The notes: generated by a model not told the origin, from the sequence alone. DNA of 64,000 nt from Clostridiales bacterium PH28_bin88 (GCA_000987045.1 LAKY01000064.1:1514-65513), one strand, 5' to 3'. Positions 26,948-35,065 are shown, numbered from the stretch's first letter. Translations and numbers: made by a program.

Positions 26948-28153
26948 TCATACCAGGGAGACGGCATCGAACATGGGCAGGATGATGGCCGCCACCATCA
27001 CCCCCACTACCGCCGCCATCATGAGCACCAGCAGCGGTTCCAGCAACGAGGAAAGCCTGGCCAGGAGGGCGTCCGTCTCCTGTTCCAGGAAAGTGGCCAT
27101 CCGGTCCAGCATTTCCACCAGGTGGCCCGTTTCTTCCCCTACCTGCAGCATCTGGATGAACATGGGCGCAAACAGCCCGGACCGCTCCAGGGACGGGGCG
27201 ATGCTCCCGCCCTCACGCACAGCCTCCCGCGCCGCCGCAACGGCCCGGCCCAAATGGCGGTTACCTACCACCTCCCGCCCGATATCTAACGCTTCCAGGA
27301 CCGGTATGCCCCCGGCCACCAGGGTGGCCAGGGTCCGGCCGAAACGCGCCGTGAGCAACTGCAAATTGATGGTACCCAGCACCGGCAGGCGCAGGGCCAG
27401 GAGGTCCCGCACCTCCTGGAATCCTTCCTGCCGGCGGATGTAGTTAAGCAAAGAAAGCGCAGCCAGGAGCAGCGGCAGCCAGAGGCTGGAGCGATAACGG
27501 AAAAAACCTGCCACTCCCAGGAGCAACCGGGTGGGGGCCGGTAATACGCCGCCCATACTGCTGAATAGTTCCGCGAAGCGGGGTAAGACCCCCACCACCA
27601 GGAAAACGGCAATACCCGCGGCGGCGCAACCTACCACCAGGGGATAGGTCATCGCCCCCTTGAGGCTGGTATAGACCTTGTGCTCGCGTTCATAGTGATC
27701 GGCGAGCCGCTTTAAAACCTCCTCCAGGGAACCCCCGGCCTCGCCGGCCTTGATCATGCTGCTGTACAGGCGCGGGATGACGGGCTGGTGCCTGGCCAGG
27801 GCCTGCCAGAAAAAGAGACCCTGGTGCAGGTCCTGCACCACCTGGCGGAGAATGGGGGCCAGGGTGCGGTTCCTGGTCTGGCGGGACATGGTCTCCAGGG
27901 CGTTGATAATCGGTACCCCGGCACCAATCATCCCGGCCAGCTGGCGGGAAAAAAGGGCCAGGTGCGCCCGCGCCAGGCGGGCGGGCACCAGCCCGCGCAG
28001 CCTTGCTCCCGGCGCTGCCTTACCCGGTGTTAGCCGGAGCACCACCAGGCCCTGGGTGCCCAACAGGGCCAGGGCTTCCCTAGTATCGCCGGCCTCCAGT
28101 TGCCCCTGTTGCCGTCGTCCGGCCCCGTCCTGAGCCTGGTAAGAGAATCGCAC
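26948..28153 (-). CDS. pilC: Type IV pilus platform protein PilC (GspF family)
   Basis: 401 aa. Two T2SS_F repeats and three TM regions. GTG start with CAGGAGTGAG upstream. Confidence 0.9.
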   Translation of the reverse strand: MRFSYQAQDGAGRRQQGQLEAGDTREALALLGTQGLVVLRLTPGKAAPGARLRGLVPARLARAHLALFSRQLAGMIGAGVPIINALETMSRQTRNRTLAPILRQVVQDLHQGLFFWQALARHQPVIPRLYSSMIKAGEAGGSLEEVLKRLADHYEREHKVYTSLKGAMTYPLVVGCAAAGIAVFLVVGVLPRFAELFSSMGGVLPAPTRLLLGVAGFFRYRSSLWLPLLLAALSLLNYIRRQEGFQEVRDLLALRLPVLGTINLQLLTARFGRTLATLVAGGIPVLEALDIGREVVGNRHLGRAVAAAREAVREGGSIAPSLERSGLFAPMFIQMLQVGEETGHLVEMLDRMATFLEQETDALLARLSSLLEPLLVLMMAAVVGVMVAAIILPMFDAVSLV

Positions 28154-28257
28154 AATCGCTCACTCCTGTCAGGAGCCGGTACTCGTATTCCAGATGCGTC
28201 AAACGAGCACGCATTGTTAATGGCGTCTGCGGTCATTTTTATTTTGCCTGAGAAATA

Positions 28258-28295
28258 GTCATATGACCAGTTACCCCGGTCATATGACCGGTCAC
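28258..28295. promoter_or_regulatory. Palindrome-pair element E1 (GTCATATGAC-N11-GTCATATGAC-CGGTCAC), 105 nt upstream of pilC
   Basis: gtcatatgaccagttaccccggtcatatgaccggtcac. Each 10-mer is a perfect palindrome and the centres are 21 bp apart. The element overlaps the stop codon of the REC-only regulator. Confidence 0.6.
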
Positions 28296-28744
28296 GTTTT
28301 TTCGTCGCGGGCGTGCAGTAACTCCAGCACCCTAGCTGCCAGCCTGGCTGCCACCCGGGCCGGCAGGATCACCTCGCCCCGGATTGCATCCCGTACGGAA
28401 GCAACCAGTTGATCCGCCCGCGTGTCTTTTAAAAGAAAACCGTCGGCGCCTCCGGCCAGGGCATTGAGAATGTAGTCCTCATCGTCGAAGGTGCTCAGCA
28501 TAATGATCCTGGTGAGGGGGGATTTTTCCTTGAGTATCTTCACGCTGGCCACCCCGCCCATCACCGGCATGCCCGCGTCCATCAGCATCACGTCCGGCGC
28601 CAGCAGTTGGACCATTGCCAGCGCTTCCCGCCCGTCCCTGGCGACACCGGCGACTTCCACGTCCTCTTCCAGGTCCAGGATGGTCTTCAGGCCATCCCGC
28701 ACCAGCGCATCGCTGTCGGCAACCACTACCCTGATCCTTTTCAT
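28292..28744 (-). CDS. Response regulator, receiver domain plus linker only (no DNA-binding domain)
   Basis: ORF to 28834. ATG at 28744 (MKRIRVVVADSDALVRDGL...) with a GGGGGAGG RBS. Phospho-acceptor context LMDAGMP. It is a paralog of the 34098..34796 regulator through ILPARVAARLAARV and then stops. Confidence 0.8.
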   Translation of the reverse strand: MKRIRVVVADSDALVRDGLKTILDLEEDVEVAGVARDGREALAMVQLLAPDVMLMDAGMPVMGGVASVKILKEKSPLTRIIMLSTFDDEDYILNALAGGADGFLLKDTRADQLVASVRDAIRGEVILPARVAARLAARVLELLHARDEKT

Positions 28745-28913
28745 GTATCCTTTTCCTCCCCCGAAAATAGAGGTGGGAAGTGGGAGGTTGGAGGTGGGAG
28801 ACTGGACGAGAGCAATGGTCCCTACCCCCTGCACCGTCTACCAGGGAATACTGCTCCGTGACATACCCCTGGATTGTCGCCTTATGTATGGTTGCATTAT
28901 AAATAAAAAAAGG

Positions 28914-28951
28914 GTCACATGACCAGTTACCCTGGTCATGTGACCGGTCAT
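28914..28951. promoter_or_regulatory. Palindrome-pair element E2 (GTCACATGAC-N11-GTCATGTGAC-CGGTCAT) upstream of the REC-only regulator
   Basis: 34/38 identical to E1. It lies 12 nt upstream of a TATAAT box (28896..28901, minus strand), so the proximal palindrome covers the -35 region. Confidence 0.6.
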
Positions 28952-28975
28952 AATGCGGGCGATTCAGGTAAGGGC

Positions 28976-31900
28976 CTACGCCAGGGGCAGGGTAATCTCA
29001 ATGCGGCACCCCTCCCCGGCCCGCGAGTAAACCGCCAGGTCCCCGTTCAGTTCCTTTACCCTTTCCCGCATCGAGGTGAGGCCGAAACCGGGGTGAATTT
29101 GATCCGTCCCCGTGCCGTAATCCTGCAGCAGGAAGCGGGCTGTACCGTTTTCCTCCGTCAGCGAGAAGTAAAACGACTTGCTTCCCCCGTGCCGGATACC
29201 GTTGGTGAGGCCTTCCTGCAGCGCCCGGTAGAGAACGTACCTGCGCGCCGGGTCCAGCCGCGGCAGGGGGTCGATGCCGTAGTCGACGGTCACGCCCGTG
29301 TTTTTAACTACATCCTGGATGAGGGTTTCCAGGTCCGGGGCGCCGTCCGGCGCGCCGCTTCCCCGCAGCAGGCGCAAGGAACGGCGGATGTCGTCCAGGC
29401 CTTTACGCAGCTGCTCCTGGCACTGCTCCAGCTTCTGCGCCACCAGGCCGGCGTCCTTCCGCAGCAGCCTTTTCCCTGCTTCGATTTGCACCAGCACGGA
29501 GGTCAGGGTGTGTCCAACCGTATCGTGAATCTCCCGGGCGATGCGGTTTCTTTCTTCCAGCCTGGACTTTTCCAGGAGCGCGTCCAGGGTTTCTTTTTGC
29601 AGGCGGGCCAAGCTCTCCGTCCGCTCGCGCACTTTTTCTTCCAGGGTTGCATTCATCTGCTGCAGGCTGCGATACAGGGCGGCGTTCTCGACGGCGATGG
29701 CGATCTGGGCCGCCAGGAGTTGCAGGGCTTCCACCCGGCCGGGGTGAAAGCACCCCGCGGTGACGCTGTTTTCCAGGTAGAGCACGCCTACCGGCCGGCC
29801 CTGGCGCACGACGGGCAGGCAGAGCACGGACAGCGGTTCCCGGCCGGCCACGCCGGGGTCACTGCCGAACCTGGCGTCGCGGGCCGCGTTGTCCAGCACG
29901 ATGGTCTCGCCGCCAACAACTGCCTGGCTGACGATGGACCGGGGCAACAGCCCGGAAAGCTCCAGGGGAAGGGACGGCAGGACATCCACGCCGATCCCCC
30001 CCGGGCCGGTCCCGGCCATGGCCTCAATGTACAGTTGCCCTTCCCGGTACATCAGGAAGGCTCCCCGGTCGGCGCCGGCGTTTTGCATGACTACTTCCAT
30101 CATCTTCAGCAGTAATTCGTCCAGGACGATGGTCCCCGACAGGACCTGGGCGGCGCGATAAACAGCCCTCATATCCACGGCTTCCGACAGGTTGCGGCCT
30201 GCTTCACCGTACTTGCCTGCCGGTGCTTCTTCCCGCTTTTCCTCTTCTCCCGCCAGCCAGGGGTAAAGGGACAGCAATTGTTCCACCTTGGCCGCGGCGC
30301 CCCAGGCCCGGTACCCGTCCCTGGCGGCGCGCAGGTATTCCCGCGCCGGGACGTCCAGGCCCTGCTCGCGGTAAAACCCGGCCGCGCGCTCGCAGGCGAC
30401 GGCCGCGATCTGCGGGTAGCCGTTCTCCTGTGCGGAACGGACGGCGCGCTCGTAAAGCAGTGCAGCCTTTTTGTCTTGCCGGGCGATGCGGGCCAGTTCC
30501 GCCGCTACCAGCAGGTGCTTGTGCTCGAAGTTGGCCGGGCAGTGCCGCGCCCATCGTTCCAGCCGGCGTTTTTGCCCGAGCAGGCGCAGCCGCAAGACGG
30601 CTCTCTCGCAGGCCGGCAACCGGGGATACATGGCCAGGACGGCCAGGCAATAGTAAAGCGCCTGGTCGGCCGGGAAGATCGCCCCGTAGTACAGCTTCGT
30701 CAGGCGGCCGGCTTCGGCCAGCAAAGACAGGGCGCGGGGGTAGTCACCAAAAAGATAACACAACTGGCCCTTGCAGAGGCAGTAGCCAAACACCTCCCCC
30801 TGCCGGTCCCGCTTGGCGCCGATTTCCCGGTAGAAGGCGTCTTCGTCAAAGCCGGCGTCGCTCAAACTGAGGGGTTCCCGGGTCAGTCCCCGCAGGGCGC
30901 GGCTGAACTGCCTGAAGATGGCCAGGGAGAAGGAGAAGTAGGTATCCGGCAGCCGGCGCTCATGCTGGGAGTAATCCCGGATGCGGGCTTCCAGCTCCGG
31001 CAGCGGGGCGCCGGCGCTATACATGGCGATGACATGAAAATACATGGCATACCCGCCGTAGGTCAGGTCACAGGAGGCCAGGCTGTACTCCATCGCCCGG
31101 TTGAGGAACGGTTCCGAGTCCCGCAGCGGCCCCACCCAGGGATGGACAAAGGCCCCGTACATGAAATTTACCGTGTACTTGTCGGCCACTGACCCCCTGC
31201 TTCCCGCCAGTTCCAGCGCCGCCTGCGCCAGGGGGACGGCGGTCCGGTAGTCCCTAAAACTGTGCAGGAGGATCGTGGCCAGGGCTATGTAGCCGGAACC
31301 CGACTTGTGGGAGTTGCCGTGGCGCAGGGAAAGCTCAGCCGTCCGCAGGGATATCAGGGCCAGCAGGTTATGGTTGCGAACGTAGGTGCTGGGCCCGATA
31401 TCCGTCAGCAGGTTCAATACCGCTTCTACTCTCCGGTCTTTAACCGGCGGCAGCTCCGTTACCCGGCCGGCGCCGGTCCGGTACAGCAGGAGTCTAAATT
31501 TCACCAGCGCCTGCAGCAGATGCCACCATGAGGGTTTGGCCGGCAAGGGGCAGCCCAGATCCCGCAACCCCTCAAGCCCGGTGGCGATGGCCGCCGGATA
31601 CATTTCCCGCATGGTCAGAAAGAGTATGCGGATTAAGCGTACCGGGGTCCTGTCCAGGATGGTGCGGGCCCTTGTTATCAGTTCACTATACAAGGATTCC
31701 GCCGTGGTGAAGTTGTCGCACAGGTATTCGCACTCCAGGCGTTCCATGCTTAACCGGTATACCAGGGGGTACCCGGTCTCCCAGGCCCCGCCGTCCAGCA
31801 GGGACAGCCCTGTCCGCAGGTATCCCAGGGCGGCGGAAAAGGCCAGCGCCCTTTTGGCTTTTTGCCCCGCCATCAGGTTCAGTTCCGCCCCCCTGATATT

Positions 31901-34093
31901 TTCGCCTTTCTCCACCAGTACCGCCAGGCCCAGGTTAAGCTGGTCAACGGCGGCAAAAAGAGCAGCGGTATCTATTTCGCCGGGTGCACCGCCGCTCTGG
32001 TCGAGGACCAGCCTTCCCAGCAGGTAGTGTACGGCCTGCCTCTCCCTTTCGGCTAGGGACAGGTAAGCGGCCTGGTGCACCCGGTCGTGAACGAAACCAT
32101 AGACACCCGCGCTTTTTTCCTCAATCAGCCCCTCGTCCAGGCAGCGGCCCAGGTGCCCTTCGACTGCGGCTGCCGGGGCGCCGCTTGCCGCCGCGATCAA
32201 CCCGGCCGGAAACGTACCACCGGCGCACGCCGCGACTTGGATTACATTTCTCGTTTCCGCCGGGAGACGCTCCAGTTTTTCCAGCAGGAACTGGATGAGG
32301 TCCCCGGCGTAAGGCGTGTCCGGGAGCCGCCGCCAGTCCCACCGCCAGCCCCTCTCTCCGGCCTGATAAGCAATAAACCCGTCTTTATGCATGGATTCCA
32401 CCAGTTCTTTGACAAAGAGCAGGTTTCCCCCGGTCTGCCGCCGTAAGAACTCGGCCAGGGGCCCGGCTCCCTCGTCACTGCACCGCAGCGAATCGGCGAC
32501 CAGGGCGGCGATTTCCTCCAGGGTAGCCGGCTCCAATGGCAGCAACAGCAGGTCGACCTGCTCCCGCTCCATTGCCCGGCGAGTTTCCACCAGGAACCGG
32601 TTTTCCGCTGCTTCCGCCTCCCGGAAGGCGCCGATGAACAGGAGGTGCTGCACCCGGTTTTTTATCAACAGCGCGGCAAGCATCTTCAGGGATTCCGGGT
32701 CAGCCCACTGCAGGTCGTCCAGGAAGAAAACCAGGGGGGCGCCTTTACGGGCGAATAACTGCGCCAGCCTGGCAAAGGCATGTAAGAAACGTTGCTGCTC
32801 TTGCAGGATGGTGGGCACCGCCATCTGCGGCTGCTCCCCCACCAGTTCTCTCACCCGCGGCATTATTTCCGTAAGCGCGGAAACATAGGCGCCCAGGTTG
32901 GCCGTGATTTGTCTTTTCCAGTATTCCATCTCTTCCCGGCTCCCGCTCATGATCCGGTCCAGGACTCGGTCGAGGGCGCCAGTGATGGGCTGGTAGGGAA
33001 CCGCGCTTTTCAAAACCCCGAATTTCCCGGTGATAACAAATCCATGTTGATCGTTGACCTGTTGCATAAACTCCTGGGCCAGCCGGGTCTTGCCGCTACC
33101 AGCCTCGCCGGAGATCAAAACGGCCGCGCCCGGACCCCGCGCCGCCCGTTCCAGGGCGGCCCGCAGGAGGCCAAGTTCCCGTTTCTTCCCGATGAACGCG
33201 GGGCTGAAGTGAAATGTGACCGGACCATCCCGGCAGCCTACCGCAAAGTGGTCCACCCGGCCCTTTTGCTGCCACTGGGCCAGGCATTCCAGCAGGTCGT
33301 TTTCTACTCCAACCGCGCTTTGATACCTGTTTTCCGGGTCCCTGGACAGGCATTTCATGACAATATCGGAAATCACGGCCGGTACGGCGGCCTCGAGCTC
33401 GTGGGGAGCCTTGATTTCCCCCGCCACCAGGGCGTGGAACCATTCCAGCGGGTCCCCGGCCGCAACGGGTAAGCGGCCCGTTGCCAGCTCATAGAGGATG
33501 ACGCCCAGGGAGTAGGTGTCGGTGCGCCGGTCGACGGGGCGATTCAGGCGCCCTGTTTGTTCCGGGGATAAATAGGAAAAGGGCCGCCTGTCGGGGGGAA
33601 GGTATGGGACTTGGTCCCCGGCTGCAGCGCCGGCTTTGATGGCGCGGCTGCAATCAAAAAGATAGGGGGTATTGTTTTGCGCGTCAATGAGCAGGATGTC
33701 CGGGTTGAGGTCACCGTGGATCAGGCCATGCCGGTGCAGCCGGGCGATTATCCCGGCCAGCCGTACTGCCAGCGGCAGGAAGGTCGCGGTGGGCAAACCC
33801 CGGGCTCCCGCATGCCGCCGCAGGGGGACCAGATCCCCTGTACCGGCTACCAGTACAGGGTTATGGTGGGGTGTATGCTCTTCCTCAAAGCGCAGGCAGC
33901 CGTCAGGGTGCAGCAGGCGGATAATTTCCGCCTCCCGCCGCAAGCGCTCTGCGGCGTCGTCCGGGGCGGCTTCCCCGGCCGGCACCTTTAGCAACACCGG
34001 CTTTAAGGTCTTGCTGTCCGTTGCCAGGCAGGTGACGCAATATTCGGTTTTATACAACGTTTCCCGCAGCTTGTATCCCCGCATAGCAGCCAT
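28976..34093 (-). CDS. 1705-aa multidomain sensor: degenerate Ser/Thr-kinase-like domain, STAND/AAA NTPase, TPR-like region, GAF, HisKA_3 and HATPase_c histidine kinase
   Basis: Kinase-like region aa 5-270 (LLK36, HGD126-128, SPE176-178). Walker A GEAGSGKT (aa 329-336) and Walker B FFLDDLQWAD. GAF region (…LCLPVVRQGRPVGVLYLEN…). H-box REIHDTVGHTL. N and G boxes (EGLTNGIRHG, DYGTG, GFGL). Confidence 0.85.
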   Translation of the reverse strand: MAAMRGYKLRETLYKTEYCVTCLATDSKTLKPVLLKVPAGEAAPDDAAERLRREAEIIRLLHPDGCLRFEEEHTPHHNPVLVAGTGDLVPLRRHAGARGLPTATFLPLAVRLAGIIARLHRHGLIHGDLNPDILLIDAQNNTPYLFDCSRAIKAGAAAGDQVPYLPPDRRPFSYLSPEQTGRLNRPVDRRTDTYSLGVILYELATGRLPVAAGDPLEWFHALVAGEIKAPHELEAAVPAVISDIVMKCLSRDPENRYQSAVGVENDLLECLAQWQQKGRVDHFAVGCRDGPVTFHFSPAFIGKKRELGLLRAALERAARGPGAAVLISGEAGSGKTRLAQEFMQQVNDQHGFVITGKFGVLKSAVPYQPITGALDRVLDRIMSGSREEMEYWKRQITANLGAYVSALTEIMPRVRELVGEQPQMAVPTILQEQQRFLHAFARLAQLFARKGAPLVFFLDDLQWADPESLKMLAALLIKNRVQHLLFIGAFREAEAAENRFLVETRRAMEREQVDLLLLPLEPATLEEIAALVADSLRCSDEGAGPLAEFLRRQTGGNLLFVKELVESMHKDGFIAYQAGERGWRWDWRRLPDTPYAGDLIQFLLEKLERLPAETRNVIQVAACAGGTFPAGLIAAASGAPAAAVEGHLGRCLDEGLIEEKSAGVYGFVHDRVHQAAYLSLAERERQAVHYLLGRLVLDQSGGAPGEIDTAALFAAVDQLNLGLAVLVEKGENIRGAELNLMAGQKAKRALAFSAALGYLRTGLSLLDGGAWETGYPLVYRLSMERLECEYLCDNFTTAESLYSELITRARTILDRTPVRLIRILFLTMREMYPAAIATGLEGLRDLGCPLPAKPSWWHLLQALVKFRLLLYRTGAGRVTELPPVKDRRVEAVLNLLTDIGPSTYVRNHNLLALISLRTAELSLRHGNSHKSGSGYIALATILLHSFRDYRTAVPLAQAALELAGSRGSVADKYTVNFMYGAFVHPWVGPLRDSEPFLNRAMEYSLASCDLTYGGYAMYFHVIAMYSAGAPLPELEARIRDYSQHERRLPDTYFSFSLAIFRQFSRALRGLTREPLSLSDAGFDEDAFYREIGAKRDRQGEVFGYCLCKGQLCYLFGDYPRALSLLAEAGRLTKLYYGAIFPADQALYYCLAVLAMYPRLPACERAVLRLRLLGQKRRLERWARHCPANFEHKHLLVAAELARIARQDKKAALLYERAVRSAQENGYPQIAAVACERAAGFYREQGLDVPAREYLRAARDGYRAWGAAAKVEQLLSLYPWLAGEEEKREEAPAGKYGEAGRNLSEAVDMRAVYRAAQVLSGTIVLDELLLKMMEVVMQNAGADRGAFLMYREGQLYIEAMAGTGPGGIGVDVLPSLPLELSGLLPRSIVSQAVVGGETIVLDNAARDARFGSDPGVAGREPLSVLCLPVVRQGRPVGVLYLENSVTAGCFHPGRVEALQLLAAQIAIAVENAALYRSLQQMNATLEEKVRERTESLARLQKETLDALLEKSRLEERNRIAREIHDTVGHTLTSVLVQIEAGKRLLRKDAGLVAQKLEQCQEQLRKGLDDIRRSLRLLRGSGAPDGAPDLETLIQDVVKNTGVTVDYGIDPLPRLDPARRYVLYRALQEGLTNGIRHGGSKSFYFSLTEENGTARFLLQDYGTGTDQIHPGFGLTSMRERVKELNGDLAVYSRAGEGCRIEITLPLA

Positions 34094-34097
34094 AAGC

Positions 34098-34796
34098 TCA
34101 CCTGCCCGGTAGATGTGCCTTCATATCCGGAAACTGCTCCGCCAGGAAGGAAATAGCCGTGCTCCGGTCGCTGGTGCCGATCTTCTCGTAAATGACGCTG
34201 ATATAGTTCTTTACCGTCCCCTCGGTCAGGCCCAGCTGCTTGGCAATCTGCCTGTTGCTCAGCCCGGCCACCATCAGGGCGGCCACGTCCTGTTCACGGG
34301 CGGAAAGGGTAAGGCCGCCTGCCATTTGTTCCGGTTTTTTCCTCCTGGGACCTGCCAGTTCCAGGAACTCCGCTACCCTGGCTGCCAGCTTGCCCGCCAC
34401 CCTGGCCGGGAGGATCAACTGGCCCCGGCGGGCATTCCGTATCGCCTCGAGCAACTGGTCGGCCTGGATGTCCTTTAAAAGGAAACCGTCAGCTCCATTG
34501 GCCAGGGCATTGATAATATAATCCTCGTCGTCGAAGGTGGTCAGCATAATCACTTTTGTTTGCGGGAACTGCTCTTTAATTGACTTGACACATTCCACCC
34601 CGTCCATCACCGGCATGCGGACGTCCAGCAACACCACGTCCGGGGTCAATCGCTGCACCATTGCGCACGTTTCCCGCCCGTCGGCGGCCGTGCCTACCAC
34701 TTCCATATCTTCTTCAAGTTCCATTATAGTTTTCAAGCCATCGCGCATCAGGGCCTGGTCGTCGGCAATGAGTATCCTGATTTTTCCCAAGCTCAC
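34098..34796 (-). CDS. NarL/LuxR-family response regulator (REC plus HTH)
   Basis: ORF to 34883. The GTG at 34796 has GGGAGGT 6 nt upstream. REC (LLDVRMPVMDG) plus LuxR HTH (LSAREQDVAALMVAGLSNRQIAKQLGLTEGTVKNYISVIYEKIG). The stop is 4 nt before the kinase ATG. Confidence 0.9.
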   Translation of the reverse strand: MSLGKIRILIADDQALMRDGLKTIMELEEDMEVVGTAADGRETCAMVQRLTPDVVLLDVRMPVMDGVECVKSIKEQFPQTKVIMLTTFDDEDYIINALANGADGFLLKDIQADQLLEAIRNARRGQLILPARVAGKLAARVAEFLELAGPRRKKPEQMAGGLTLSAREQDVAALMVAGLSNRQIAKQLGLTEGTVKNYISVIYEKIGTSDRSTAISFLAEQFPDMKAHLPGR

Positions 34797-34977
34797 TTTT
34801 TTACCTCCCGGGCGGCAACGGGTATTTACTTCTCCTGTCGGCCAGCAGCGCCGGCTGCGGCCAGCCTGCAGGGCTCCCTGCATACGACTGTTGCCAAATA
34901 TTTTTCGACGCTAATTTCCAAATTCCTCTACAATTAGTTAAGGTTTTCCGTAAAATCGACACGGCAAACAAGGTATA

Positions 34978-35004
34978 GAAAAAAGAACCGGCCCCTTCCG
35001 GTTC
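34978..35004 (-). terminator. Rho-independent terminator insulating the regulator/kinase operon from upstream transcription
   Basis: Minus strand reads AGAACCGG-aagggg-CCGGTTCT followed by TTTTT. Confidence 0.6.
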
Positions 35005-35019
35005 TCTGCGTTAAAATGT

Positions 35020-35065
35020 CTGGAGCCCATAACCGGGATTGAACCGGTGACCTCCGCCTTACCAA
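35020..35065 (-). pseudogene. 3' half of a tRNA-Thr(GGT)-like gene (anticodon loop to CCA) with no 5' half; att-site-like remnant
   Basis: Reverse complement is TTGGTAA-GGCGG-AGGTC-ACCGG-TTCAATC-CCGGT-TATGGGC-T-CCA. The sequence upstream (aacgca) cannot pair with GGCGG, and no GCCCATA 5' acceptor strand is present. Confidence 0.65.

Noticed and set aside
28919-30115. Long plus-strand ORF (398 aa) and many similar ORFs antisense to annotated genes, for example 20589..21821, 23661..24530, 25184..25873, 30278..31192 and 50578..51501 on the plus strand, and 18444..19733 on the minus strand.
   Set aside because: They lie opposite clearly homologous genes in GC-rich DNA, where stop codons are rare. 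Their translations are Arg/Pro/Gly/Ala-rich with no motifs and no RBS. These are shadow ORFs.
28976-34093. The giant STAND NTPase with a TPR region as an Avs-like antiphage defence protein.
   Set aside because: The C-terminus is a GAF domain plus a complete HisKA_3/HATPase histidine kinase. The gene is translationally coupled to a NarL-type response regulator. No nuclease, protease, TIR or other effector domain is seen. A signalling role is the more economical reading.
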